A stretch of 64,000 nucleotides of DNA, taken from the NCBI GenBank assembly GCA_945285405.1, contig CALYQJ010000003.1, positions 2,761-66,760 of the forward strand, written 5' to 3'. The position numbers and the translations under genes are program-made. Positions 21,073 through 31,346 of this stretch are shown here, in pieces. The notes below the pieces were generated by a model. It did no database searches and was not told the origin of the DNA. It saw only the letters and a list, made by a program, of their open reading frames with translations. This stretch comes from an uncultured Lactobacillaceae bacterium (lineage in GTDB: Bacteria > Bacillota > Bacilli > Lactobacillales > Lactobacillaceae). Numbering within the stretch: position 1 is the stretch's first letter; the number at the start of each line of letters is the position of its first letter.

Positions 21073-21941
21073 TTATCCTCTACATTAGTGGGAGTAATTT
21101 TTCCGTTGAAATCCCTTTGTACTTCCATTTCATTTGTCGGTATATATTTCATTGCTGATATTAATTTAGATACTTTAGGAGAATAAAGAAATTTTAGAAA
21201 ATCTTTGGTCGTTTGATCCATGTTTTTTTGCGTGTAAATATGTTCATATGACCAAATTTTCCAGCGATTAGTCTTCACATTATCTTGGGTTGGTGCAACA
21301 CCATCTACTTTGGGATGCAAAACCGTATCTTTTAAATAAGAAAAAGAAACATAACTGATAGCACCAGGAGTAGAACTAACAATTGATAAAGCCATACCAC
21401 TTGAATCTTGCTCTTGAGCTGGTTTGGGTTTATTTCCCTTTAAAACTATCTTTTCAAAATTAAAACGTGTACCACTGCCATTTGATCGATTAACAATAAC
21501 AATCGGTAAATCTTGACCAGTAATAGAATGCCAATTAGTAATCTGACCACTAAAAATTTGTTGTAACTGTTTAAACGTAAGATTGTTAACCTTTACTTTT
21601 TTATTTACAACTGGTGCTATACCTGTAACTAATAAGCGATGATCTAAAAGAGTATCAGCTTTAATTCCCTTTTTTTCCTGTGCATAAAGATCACTCATCC
21701 CCATTGACACCGCACCTTGCTGTATCTCTGAAAGCCCCGTACCAGAGCCACCGCCTTGAACATTAATGAATAGCCCTTGACGGTCTTTAAGATATTCTTC
21801 TGCAGCAGATTCAATTAAAGGTTGTAAAGCAGTGGAACCAACAACAGTCATTTGTTTACCTTTAATTTTAATGCCACAAGCACATAAAGATATTGCTAAA
21901 AAGGGAAAGATTAAAGTTACCAAAAATTTCTTAAATTTCAC
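21069..21941 (-). CDS. pstS: Phosphate ABC transporter substrate-binding lipoprotein
   Basis: Lipobox-like SLCACG, VGSTALQP, QGGGSGTG and GSGTR. Probable GTG start at 21941. Confidence 0.94.
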   Translation of the reverse strand: MKFKKFLVTLIFPFLAISLCACGIKIKGKQMTVVGSTALQPLIESAAEEYLKDRQGLFINVQGGGSGTGLSEIQQGAVSMGMSDLYAQEKKGIKADTLLDHRLLVTGIAPVVNKKVKVNNLTFKQLQQIFSGQITNWHSITGQDLPIVIVNRSNGSGTRFNFEKIVLKGNKPKPAQEQDSSGMALSIVSSTPGAISYVSFSYLKDTVLHPKVDGVAPTQDNVKTNRWKIWSYEHIYTQKNMDQTTKDFLKFLYSPKVSKLISAMKYIPTNEMEVQRDFNGKITPTNVEDK

Positions 21942-21975
21942 GATTACCCTCACCTAATTTTAGGGAATTAAAGAG

Positions 21976-22863
21976 TTAAATTTTTAAGAAGCGCCTCATT
22001 GAAACTAATGAGCCTAAACTTCCAATAATAATAGCTAAAACAATCAAGAGTAAATCAATTCGGAAAAGGAACATTCCTGGAGTAAAAAGTGAATATCCAG
22101 CATTCATTAAACCGTTAACTGTTTGCTGATAAACTACTGAATAGCCCCAATTAATTACAATAATCGGAATAATTGAACCTAAAATTCCTGTCTCAGCACC
22201 TTCTAATAGAAACGGCCATCTGATATACCAGCTGGTAGCCCCTACTAAACGCATTGCTTGAATTTCATTTTTACGAGATAAAATGGTTAGCCGAATAACA
22301 TTAGAAATTAAAAACAGAGCTATTGCTATTAAAATTACTATACAAATAGTTCCCCATAGCTGTACTTCACTCATAAATTTAAATAGCTTCTTTGCTTGTT
22401 CGCCACCATATTGCGCTGTTTTTACATTATCAAGTTGGCGAATTTCTTTAGCTACTTTAATAGTTTTACTTGGACTTGTAGTTTCAACTATAAAGACATC
22501 ACTTAAAGGATTAGCATCACCAGAAAACATTTTAAAATTGGAATTATAAGTTTTAGTAATTTTATCCAATTCGTTCTTTTTACTAGAAAAACTAACCTTT
22601 TTTACTCCCGATATTTTTGAAATTTCTTTACGTAAAGTGTTTTCTTTATTTCTACTAGTTTTAACATCAATTTCTACACGAACTTTCACATCTTTTTCAA
22701 TTTGCTTTGAAATATTATTAACATTAAAAATTATTGTAAACAAAGCACCCACGATAAATAAAGTAACTGTTACTGCACTTACAGCGGCAAAAGTCATCCA
22801 ACCATTTCTTTTAATACTACGAAGGCTCTCAATAATATGGCGCCACATTGTTCTAAGCTTCAT
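21976..22863 (-). CDS. ftsX: Cell-division permease FtsX
   Basis: SIKRNGWMT and MRLVGATSWYIRWPFLLEG. Start ATG 22863 overlaps the ftsE end. Confidence 0.96.
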   Translation of the reverse strand: MKLRTMWRHIIESLRSIKRNGWMTFAAVSAVTVTLFIVGALFTIIFNVNNISKQIEKDVKVRVEIDVKTSRNKENTLRKEISKISGVKKVSFSSKKNELDKITKTYNSNFKMFSGDANPLSDVFIVETTSPSKTIKVAKEIRQLDNVKTAQYGGEQAKKLFKFMSEVQLWGTICIVILIAIALFLISNVIRLTILSRKNEIQAMRLVGATSWYIRWPFLLEGAETGILGSIIPIIVINWGYSVVYQQTVNGLMNAGYSLFTPGMFLFRIDLLLIVLAIIIGSLGSLVSMRRFLKI

Positions 22864-23539
22864 AACGGTATGCCCCTTTTTCTTGATCACTAACTAGACG
22901 ACCATGTTTAATGGTGATCACTCGGTGAACGTAATTATTAACGATACTCTGATTATGAGTTGCCATAATTACCGTCGTATTTTGCTGATTAATACGTTCA
23001 ATAATTTCCATAATTTCATTGGAAGTATCAGGATCTAGATTTCCTGTAGGTTCATCAGCAATTAATACAGAAGGTTTATTAGTTATTGCCCGAGCAATAG
23101 CAACTCTTTGTTGCTCACCACCTGAAAGTTCACTCGGATAACGGCGAATTTTATCCTTTAACCCTACCATTTCCAAAACTTCAATTACTCGGCTTTTTAT
23201 TTCTTCTGGCCTCTTTTCAATTACTTCCATCGCATAAGCAACATTTTCATAAGCAGTAAGTCTTGGTAATAACCGATAATCTTGAAATACAACTCCCAAT
23301 TCACGACGTAAATATGGAACTCGGCGATCTTTCATTCTTACCAAATCATACTCGTTAACTTTAATAATTCCTGAAGTAACTTTTTCTTCACGATAGAGAG
23401 TTTTAATTAAAGTTGATTTACCAGAACCTGAAGCTCCAACAATATAGACAAACTCTCCTTGATCAATTGTTAGATCAATACCTTTCAAAGCGGTAATCCC
23501 ATTAGGGTATTTTTTTACTACATTTTTTAATTCAATCAC
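22853..23539 (-). CDS. ftsE: Cell-division ATP-binding protein FtsE
   Basis: [25 protein letters not shown] and DEPTGNLD. Confidence 0.96.
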   Translation of the reverse strand: MIELKNVVKKYPNGITALKGIDLTIDQGEFVYIVGASGSGKSTLIKTLYREEKVTSGIIKVNEYDLVRMKDRRVPYLRRELGVVFQDYRLLPRLTAYENVAYAMEVIEKRPEEIKSRVIEVLEMVGLKDKIRRYPSELSGGEQQRVAIARAITNKPSVLIADEPTGNLDPDTSNEIMEIIERINQQNTTVIMATHNQSIVNNYVHRVITIKHGRLVSDQEKGAYRYEA

Positions 23540-24658
23540 TATTTTGTTTCCTTATTTTGATTCATATTCCATTGTAAATAAGCAGTAACAAAGCCCATAA
23601 TTTTTCCATCCATTACAGCGTTAACATCACTAGTTTCATAATTTGTGCGGTGATCTTTAACTAAATTGTAAGGGTGAAAGACGTATGAACGAATTTGAGA
23701 TCCCCATGCATTTTCTAATTGAACACCCTTTATTTGTGCCATTTCTTTTTCTTTTTTTTCTCGTTCTAATTGATAAAGTTTAGATTTTAACATAGTTAAA
23801 GCCGTTTCTCGATTCTGAAACTGCGAACGTTGTTGCTGCGATGCAGCAACTAAACCTGTGGGTAAATGAGTAATCCTTACCGCACTCGAAGTTTTATTTA
23901 TATGCTGACCCCCAGCACCACTAGAACGATAAACATCAACTTTTAAATCTTCTGGTCGTAAATCTACTTTAACTGATTCATCAATCTCAGGAATCACGTC
24001 AACTGAAGTAAATGATGTCTGTCGCTTGCCTTGGGCATTAAAAGGGGAAATCCGAACTAAGCGATGTACTCCTTTTTCAGATTTGCATAATCCATATGCA
24101 TTATTTCCTTTTAAAACAAAAGTTGCACTTTTAATACCAGCTTCGTCACCTATTTCATAATCAATTAATTCAAAATCAAAACCGCTGATTGTAGCATAAC
24201 GATTATACATTCGATAAAGCATTTCACCCCAATCCTGCGATTCTGTTCCTCCAGCTCCTGGATGAATTTCAAAAATAGCATTCAAATGATCATATTTACC
24301 ATTTAATAATTGTCGAGTTTCATAATTTTGTAAATCATCTTGTAACTTACCTAATCCAATTTCTAAGTCTTTTTGTATTTCTGAATCAGGTTCTTCAACA
24401 ATTAAATCATAAGAAACTTGTAATTCTTCTAAATTATCTGCTAAATTCTTAAAATTTTGATAAGTTTCTTTTAGCTTATTATTTTCGTTAATTAAATTTT
24501 GAGCTTTTTGTGAATCAGACCAGAAATCTGTTTCAGTCATTTTATGCTCATTTAATGCAATTTGAGCTTCAAGGTCCGGTAGGTCAAAGTGACCTCCTAA
24601 ATTGGTTTACTTTATCATTTATTCGATCTAATTCTTTTTTTATTGTTCCTAATTCCAC
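23539..24658 (-). CDS. prfB: Peptide chain release factor 2, expressed via a programmed +1 frameshift
   Basis: GTG 24658 opens 24 codons (MELGTIKK...FRRSL) ending CTT TGA C. The +1 frame continues DLPDLEAQ... into ORF 23539..24540 with SPF and GGQ motifs. Confidence 0.97.
24583..24598 (-). promoter_or_regulatory. prfB frameshift cassette (internal SD plus CTT-TGA-C)
   Basis: AGGAGG-TCA-CTT-TGA-C on the minus strand. Confidence 0.95.
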
Positions 24659-24710
24659 ATTTACCTCCAAAGATAGAAAAAATCGCCGGAGCGATTAAAT
24701 TTTAAGTTAA

Positions 24711-27191
24711 TTAAGCTACATTTTGTCTAATTTCTGCTTTCATGAATAACCGAGTAACCCCATCTTCAATATCAGCAATCATAATTTCAAAACTGTTATA
24801 TCCTTCTTCTTGATATTCAACTAATGGATTCATTTGCCCATAACCACGTAAACCGATAGAATTTCTCAATTGATCCATTTCATCAATATGATTAGTCCAA
24901 CGATCATCAACTACTCGTAAAATAACAATTTTTTCAAACTCTAACATCTGTTTTGAGTCAACTAATTGTTCTGATTTTTCCTTATAATTTTGTTCAACAA
25001 AATCCATCAAATATTTTTTAATTTCATCAGCAGACTTTCCTTGTATTTTTTCAACACTAATTTCATCTTCTGAAACTAAAGAATTACGGGCATAATTAAC
25101 AATATTATCTAAATCCCATTTTTCTTTATCATCACCTTGAGTATGAACATTAACTACTCGATTAATGGAGCGCTCGGCCATTCCAAAAAGTACAGACTTG
25201 AGGCTATCTTCTTCATCAATAACTTGTCGTCGCTGTTTATAAATAACCTCGCGTTGTTCCCTCATAACATCATCATACTGGAGAGTCTGTTTACGTGCAT
25301 CATAGTTCTGGCCTTCAACTTGTTTTTGAGCAGCTTCAACTTGACGAGTAAAAATACGGCTTTCCAATACTAAATCATTATCATTAATTCGTAACATTTT
25401 TAGCTGCTTTTTCATTCGTTCTGAGCCAAAACGTTTCATTAAATCATCTTCCAAAGAAAGATAAAATTGCGACTCTCCTGGATCACCCTGCCGACCAGAA
25501 CGTCCCCGTAACTGATTATCAATTCGGCGAGATTCATGGCGCTCTGTACCTAAAACCATCAAACCACCTAATTCTTTGACTCCGGGTCCTAATTTAATAT
25601 CAGTACCTCGTCCAGCCATATTAGTGGCAATAGTTACAGCACCTTTTTGCCCGGCATTCATAATAATTTCTGATTCTCGAGTGATATTTTCTGGCTTAGC
25701 ATTTAAAACCACATGGGGCACATGAGCTTCAGTTAAAAGCTTAGATAAATACTCTGAAGTTTCAACTGCAACTGTACCTACCAAAATTGGTTGTCCTTTA
25801 GTATGACGTTCAATAATATCATTAACTACTGCTGCAAATTTATTTTGTAAAGTTGCATACAAAATATCATGACGATCAACTCGAATCATTGGGCGATTAG
25901 TAGGGACTTCAATAACCCGCATATTATAAATTTCAATAAATTCTTCTTCTTCAGTTTTAGCCGTACCTGTCATCCCAGCTAACTTAGCATACATTCGGAA
26001 ATAATTTTGATAAGTAATAGTTGCTACAGTTTGAGATTCATCTTGAATTTCAACTCCTTCTTTGGCTTCAACTGCTTGATGCAAGCCATCAGACCAACGT
26101 CGCCCTTCCATTGCTCGACCAGTAAAAGGATCAACTATCAAAATTTCACCATCTTGTACAACATAATCTATATCTTTCAACATGATATAGTTAGCTCGCA
26201 ACGCCTCTTCTAAATGGTGAGTCAACGCTGTATTTTCAAGATCATATAAATTATCTAAGCCAAAGTTTTCTTCAGCTTTATGCATGCCTTTTTCTGTTAA
26301 GCTAATTGTTTTAGTCGGCCAATCAATTTTATAATCTTCTTCATCCTTTAAAGTTTTTACAAAACGATCTGCTCGAATATATAGTGCATTGGATTTTTCA
26401 GCCTGTCCTGAAATAATCAAAGGAGTTCGTGCTTCATCAATTAAAATTGAATCAACTTCATCAACTACTGCAAAATTCAATCCTCTTTGAACCATTTGAT
26501 CTTTAGAAACAACCATATTATCTCGTAAATAGTCAAAACCTAGTTCAGCATTAGTTGAATAAGTAATATCTTTGGCATAAGCTGCCCGTTTTTCTTCAGA
26601 AGATAAACTAGCTAAATTTAGTCCTACGCTTAAACCAAGCCAGTTATAAAGCTCTCCCATCTCTGTCGCATCACGTTGAGATAGATATTCATTAACAGTT
26701 ACTACGTGAACCCCTTTCCCGCTTAAAGCATTCAAATAAACAGGCATAGTTGCTGTTAAAGTCTTACCTTCCCCCGTTTTCATTTCGGCAATATTTCCTT
26801 CATGTAAAGCAATACCACCAATAATTTGAACTCTAAAAGGGAAAAGTCCTAAAACTCTACGAGAACCCTCTCGAACAGTAGCAAAAGCTTCTGGCAAAAG
26901 TTGATCAAGAGTTTCACCATTTTGATAGCGTTTCTTAAATTCTTCAGTTTTTGCTTTTAATTCATCATCAGATAGCTTTTTATATTCTTCTTCATAGGAA
27001 ATTACCTTATCTGCGATTTTTCCCATTCGATTAACTTCACGTTTATCACTTTCAACCCAACGACGAAGAAAATTAAAAGCACCTGGACGTTTATTAATAT
27101 CAATTGTTCCAGCTTCATGGGCTTTTTTCGTATTTTCTTTTATTTTAGGATCTTTAATTTTATTTAATGTAGGATCTTTTTCTTTTATCAT
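24711..27191 (-). CDS. secA: Preprotein translocase ATPase SecA with an N-terminal extension
   Basis: [27 protein letters not shown] and [10 protein letters not shown]. Ends AEIRQNVA with no C-terminal zinc tail. Confidence 0.98.
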   Translation of the reverse strand: MIKEKDPTLNKIKDPKIKENTKKAHEAGTIDINKRPGAFNFLRRWVESDKREVNRMGKIADKVISYEEEYKKLSDDELKAKTEEFKKRYQNGETLDQLLPEAFATVREGSRRVLGLFPFRVQIIGGIALHEGNIAEMKTGEGKTLTATMPVYLNALSGKGVHVVTVNEYLSQRDATEMGELYNWLGLSVGLNLASLSSEEKRAAYAKDITYSTNAELGFDYLRDNMVVSKDQMVQRGLNFAVVDEVDSILIDEARTPLIISGQAEKSNALYIRADRFVKTLKDEEDYKIDWPTKTISLTEKGMHKAEENFGLDNLYDLENTALTHHLEEALRANYIMLKDIDYVVQDGEILIVDPFTGRAMEGRRWSDGLHQAVEAKEGVEIQDESQTVATITYQNYFRMYAKLAGMTGTAKTEEEEFIEIYNMRVIEVPTNRPMIRVDRHDILYATLQNKFAAVVNDIIERHTKGQPILVGTVAVETSEYLSKLLTEAHVPHVVLNAKPENITRESEIIMNAGQKGAVTIATNMAGRGTDIKLGPGVKELGGLMVLGTERHESRRIDNQLRGRSGRQGDPGESQFYLSLEDDLMKRFGSERMKKQLKMLRINDNDLVLESRIFTRQVEAAQKQVEGQNYDARKQTLQYDDVMREQREVIYKQRRQVIDEEDSLKSVLFGMAERSINRVVNVHTQGDDKEKWDLDNIVNYARNSLVSEDEISVEKIQGKSADEIKKYLMDFVEQNYKEKSEQLVDSKQMLEFEKIVILRVVDDRWTNHIDEMDQLRNSIGLRGYGQMNPLVEYQEEGYNSFEIMIADIEDGVTRLFMKAEIRQNVA

Positions 27192-27409
27192 TTAACCTTC
27201 CCTAAAAAAAATAGGATTATTCATTTATAGTGCGTTTCAAACTCGAAAAATAGTTTAGAATTATACAGTTTTATATTATACAGTTCTTTAAAATAAAAAT
27301 GAACTCTTGCGAAAAAGGAGGATAACATAATTTCTAAATTCCCTAAGTTTTTCGTATTTTAAAAAAAATTAGTCAAAATTAAGATGTAAATCATTAATTG
27401 TAATTTAAT

Positions 27410-27457
27410 AAAACAGGCGATTTATCAAGCTTTTACTAAAAGTCTGATCAATCACCT
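27410..27457 (-). terminator. Probable terminator of hpf
   Basis: Long imperfect hairpin AGGTGATTGATCA...TGATAAATCGCCT followed by GTTTT on the minus strand. Confidence 0.6.
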
Positions 27458-27480
27458 TTAATTAAGTAAATTATTAAATT

Positions 27481-28038
27481 TTATTCATCAGTCTCAATTA
27501 AGCCATATTTATTATCATGTCGTCGATAAACTATACTAGTACCGTTAGTTTGTGAATCTTCAAAAATAAAAAAGTCATGTCCCAATAGATTCATCTGTAA
27601 AATTGCTTCTTCAGCATCCATCGGTTTTAATGAAAGCCGTTTCGTTCGAACAACAGGAGTTTCTTCATCTGCTAAAGTATCAGGTTGAGAATCAATGATC
27701 AATTCTTTTTCTTTAAATCCTTTAGCTCGATTACGACGATTAATCCTAGTTTTATACTTTCTAATTTGTCGTTCTAATTTCTCATAGACAAAATCAATAC
27801 ATTGATACAAATCATCCGAGGTATGTTCAGCACGTAAAACTAAAGAATGAATTAAAATTGTTACCTCAGCTTTAGCTTGTTTTTGAGGATAAACTCTAAG
27901 ATTAACATTGCAACTAGGTTCACTATTTTTTAATTCGTCTGTAAAATATTTATTTAATTTATCCAATCTTTTTTTTACATAATTACTAATTGCGTCAGTA
28001 ACTTCGATGTTTTCTCCACGAATATTATAACGAAACAT
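27481..28038 (-). CDS. hpf: Ribosome hibernation promoting factor (long HPF)
   Basis: YNIRGENIEVT, KLERQIRKYKTR and KPMDAEEAILQMNLLGHDF. Start refined to ATG 28038 after AAAGGAG. Confidence 0.95.
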   Translation of the reverse strand: MFRYNIRGENIEVTDAISNYVKKRLDKLNKYFTDELKNSEPSCNVNLRVYPQKQAKAEVTILIHSLVLRAEHTSDDLYQCIDFVYEKLERQIRKYKTRINRRNRAKGFKEKELIIDSQPDTLADEETPVVRTKRLSLKPMDAEEAILQMNLLGHDFFIFEDSQTNGTSIVYRRHDNKYGLIETDE

Positions 28039-28136
28039 ATTTAATGCTCCTTTCATACCATTACTTCATTCCAACTCAATTATATCTAATAAATAAAATT
28101 AAATCTCGCAATTTTCATAATTATTTATTTAAGAAT

Positions 28137-28832
28137 TTACCTTGCCAAAGTGAAACTAAACAGCTCTGCAGTAATGCTCAAATTTCTTAATGTCTCACGT
28201 AAAGAATAAAGGGTCGCACCCGTCGTATAAATATCATCAAAAAATAAGATTCGTTTAACTTTTTTCAATTTTTTAATTGCGGAGAATGATAAGCTAAAAT
28301 TTTGAGATCTTTTTAACCTTTCCCAGCGATTTTTTTGTGATTGTTCAATACTATCTCCTACATATTGAACTTTGACTGTTGGTTTTATTAAATCACCATA
28401 TAATGCAACAACTGGATCAAATCGACGTTCTTTAAAGTGAGCTAATGAAGTTGGAATAAAAATATAACTATCATAATGTTTATTTCTCAAAAAATCGCTA
28501 ATCATTTGTTTAAATACTAAACGTAGTCGATAATCACCAATCATTTTAAAATTATGAAAATAATCATGCATTGCTTGATTATAAACGAACAAAGAACGAT
28601 TTATAATCACATCCTCGTGACATTTAATACGCCAACGCTGACAATCTAAACAAAAACGATTGTTTGTTTGGCTACGACCACATTGTGCACATGCTTTTTT
28701 AGCATTAATTCGTTCAAAATTTGCCAAACATTTTTGACAAATTGTTAAATCAAAAAGCGGTTTCCAAGATAACAAATCACCTAAAAGAAATTGTGGAAAA
28801 AATTTTTTTTGACACAAATTACATTGATTCAT
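28137..28832 (-). CDS. comFC: Competence protein ComFC (ComF family PRTase-like)
   Basis: N-terminal CxxC zinc ribbons and DDIYTTGATL; overlaps comFA. Confidence 0.92.
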   Translation of the reverse strand: MNQCNLCQKKFFPQFLLGDLLSWKPLFDLTICQKCLANFERINAKKACAQCGRSQTNNRFCLDCQRWRIKCHEDVIINRSLFVYNQAMHDYFHNFKMIGDYRLRLVFKQMISDFLRNKHYDSYIFIPTSLAHFKERRFDPVVALYGDLIKPTVKVQYVGDSIEQSQKNRWERLKRSQNFSLSFSAIKKLKKVKRILFFDDIYTTGATLYSLRETLRNLSITAELFSFTLAR

Positions 28833-30129
28833 TAAATCCAGCCTTTTGATTTAACTGTTTTATTTGATTGATCGCTTTTTTTATTGCAGATGTATAGACA
28901 CTGTAATAAAAAATAACCCGATCTGCAAAATACTTTGAATCTCTGCCTGCACGTCCTGCAATTTGAACTAGGGTAGCCCAATTAAAAATTCGACTTTCAG
29001 CACCAATCACAATAACATTAATTTTTTTAATGGTCACCCCTCTTTCTAAAATTGTTGTAGTAAACAATACATCATAATTTTCTTGCCTAAAGTCCATTAT
29101 TTTTTGCTTTCTTTGAGGATCTTTGGCATGAACACTAGTCCATTTAATTAATGGAAAAGCTCGTTGAAAAGCTTCTCCTAAAATATTTAATAAATTAATT
29201 TCACTCACAAAAATCAAATATCGTTCATGGTGAGATAGTCCTCTTTTTAATTCTTGCTTAATTTGATGTACTAACTTTTTTTTCTGAAGAGCCTTACGCC
29301 AGTTTCCAATATAAACCACCTGCGGAACCGGTAAAGGATGGCCATGAAACCTTTTAGCTAAATATAAAATTGGTAGTCCTTGGAGTAAATCGTCTGGAGG
29401 AGTAGCTGATAAATAAATTTGACTACTATGAGGTTTAACTGCCTGTTTAGCTGCAAAATTTAGCTCTAAATTATTTACATAAGGAAAAGAGTCAACTTCG
29501 TCAATGATTAAAACATCAAAAGCATGAAAAAAGCGCAAGAGCTGATGTGTAGTACATAAAACAAATTGCCGATAACTATATGACTCTTCCATTTGACCAT
29601 AGAGTACACTAAATTGTAAATCTGGAAAAGCTCGTTTTAGTCGTGGAGCTAACTCCAAAATTACATCAACCCTTGGAGCAGCCCAACAAACTCGCAGTCC
29701 TAACCTAAAAGCATAGTTGAGACTTAAAAACATCATTTCAGTTTTACCTGCTCCGGTAACAGCCCATAGTAAAATAGCCGATTGACGAACAATAATATCG
29801 GTAATTTTCTCAGAAATTTCTAATTGTGCAGATGTAAGAGGATTAAGGAGATGGAGATAATCTTTATTTTTTTCAAAATAATTACCTTCAGGCAAGTGAT
29901 ACAGTAATTCATCACTAGTAACTCGACCTAAACTAATACAACTAGGACAGTAAAAATTACCATCAGGCATTTTTACCACGGTTTTATTCCAAGAGCTATT
30001 ACAACGATTACAAATTACAGTTTTATTTTGAATCACCATTGCTGGCCAGCTCAAATATTTTTTAGGTAATGGCAGCGGCAATTGGAAACTAAGCAATTGT
30101 CTACCAAATAATAATTCTTCATTAGTCAT
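28819..30129 (-). CDS. comFA: Competence DEAD/DEAH-box helicase ComFA
   Basis: CNRC...CPSC, AVTGAGKTE, DEVDSFP, SATP, TTILERGVT and QIAGRAGR. Confidence 0.93.
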   Translation of the reverse strand: MTNEELLFGRQLLSFQLPLPLPKKYLSWPAMVIQNKTVICNRCNSSWNKTVVKMPDGNFYCPSCISLGRVTSDELLYHLPEGNYFEKNKDYLHLLNPLTSAQLEISEKITDIIVRQSAILLWAVTGAGKTEMMFLSLNYAFRLGLRVCWAAPRVDVILELAPRLKRAFPDLQFSVLYGQMEESYSYRQFVLCTTHQLLRFFHAFDVLIIDEVDSFPYVNNLELNFAAKQAVKPHSSQIYLSATPPDDLLQGLPILYLAKRFHGHPLPVPQVVYIGNWRKALQKKKLVHQIKQELKRGLSHHERYLIFVSEINLLNILGEAFQRAFPLIKWTSVHAKDPQRKQKIMDFRQENYDVLFTTTILERGVTIKKINVIVIGAESRIFNWATLVQIAGRAGRDSKYFADRVIFYYSVYTSAIKKAINQIKQLNQKAGFNESM

Positions 30130-30137
30130 AATGACTA

Positions 30138-30147
30138 ATTACGCAAA
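30138..30147 (-). promoter_or_regulatory. Candidate ComX/SigH-type competence promoter box before comFA
   Basis: TTTGCGTAAT ends 8 nt before the comFA ATG, with no SD. The same 10-mer is at 34185-34194 before recA. Confidence 0.45.
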
Positions 30148-30173
30148 AAATAGCTATTATTTATTTTTAAAAA

Positions 30174-31262
30174 TTATTTTCGATTACGATTGAGGCGCTG
30201 AGCAAAACCCTTCAAAAAATGTAAAAATGGTTGTCGATTTTCACCTAAAAGGCCAATTGCTTCAATAAATAGTTCTAAACCCATTAAAACTGCAATAGTC
30301 AAAAAAATACTAGCAGCTAAGGAAGAAATAGGGTACATTAGGGCAATAAAAGAGAAAATCAAAGCTATTCCATAAATTGCAAATACAGTTTGAGGGACAC
30401 TAAAACCCATTTGTAACAATTGATGATGTAAGTGATGTTTATCAGCTCTTGAAATTGGTTGCTTATTTAAAATTCGACGAATAATGGCAAAAAACGTATC
30501 AGTAACTGGAACGCCTAAAATAATTACTGGAATAATAATTGTTAAAAATGTGACATTTTTTAATCCTTGCAATGAAAGAACAGCAATCATAAACCCAATA
30601 AATAGTGCTCCTGTATCACCTAAAAAAATACGAGCAGGATGAAAATTATATGGTAAAAATCCCAATAGCGCCGCCGCTAAAACAAAAATTGAAATTGCTA
30701 CACTAGGATTTTGCATATTTAAAAAGAAATAAGCGATAACCCCCATTGTACACAATGCAATAAAAGAAACTCCCGTAGCTAAACCGTCTAATCCATCAAT
30801 TAAGTTAACCGCATTAGTAATTGCAATAATCCAAAAAATGGTAATTGGCATACTCATAAATCCAAAGTTGATGCGACCAAAAAATGGTAAAGTTAAAGAA
30901 TTCATCCGAATTCCAGCTAAATAATATACAATCAGTGCAGCAATTAAAATTCCTAGCATTTTTTGTCGAGGCTTTAATTCTTCAATGTCATCAATAATTC
31001 CAGTTAAGATAATGATACATTCTGCAATAAAAACAGAAAATAACGTATGGGTTGGAAAATTATATCGTAACAAGATCATCATTGAAATATTAACAGCAAT
31101 GAAAATACTCAAACCACCTATTGTCGGAATTGCTTTTTTATTGACTCTTCTTTTATTAGGTTTATCTACTGCCCCAAGTGTAAATGCTAATTTCCGAATT
31201 AAAGGAGTAATGCACAAAGAGATTAATCCTGTGCAAAACAACATAAAAATTGTCTTAAAAAT
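30174..31262 (-). CDS. tagO: TagO/WecA-type undecaprenyl-phosphate GlcNAc-1-phosphate transferase (glycosyltransferase family 4/MraY-like)
   Basis: GIIDD, NAVNLIDGLDGLA, FLGDTGA and DKHHLHH. Start is ATG 31244 or in-frame ATT 31262. Confidence 0.88.
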   Translation of the reverse strand: MFKTIFMLFCTGLISLCITPLIRKLAFTLGAVDKPNKRRVNKKAIPTIGGLSIFIAVNISMMILLRYNFPTHTLFSVFIAECIIILTGIIDDIEELKPRQKMLGILIAALIVYYLAGIRMNSLTLPFFGRINFGFMSMPITIFWIIAITNAVNLIDGLDGLATGVSFIALCTMGVIAYFFLNMQNPSVAISIFVLAAALLGFLPYNFHPARIFLGDTGALFIGFMIAVLSLQGLKNVTFLTIIIPVIILGVPVTDTFFAIIRRILNKQPISRADKHHLHHQLLQMGFSVPQTVFAIYGIALIFSFIALMYPISSLAASIFLTIAVLMGLELFIEAIGLLGENRQPFLHFLKGFAQRLNRNRK

Positions 31263-31305
31263 GATTCTGCCCTAACCTCTCTTAACTATTAACACCATTT
31301 TAAAC

Positions 31306-31346
31306 AAAAAAAAGATGAAACGAAAGTCTTATAACTTTTTTCATCT
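31306..31346 (-). terminator. Terminator of rny
   Basis: AGATGAAA...TTTCATCT stem followed by a T-run on the minus strand. Confidence 0.7.

Noticed and set aside
27312-27361. AAGGAGG on the + strand between secA and hpf suggesting a small ORF
   Set aside because: No canonical start codon at a suitable spacing, and the frames close quickly.
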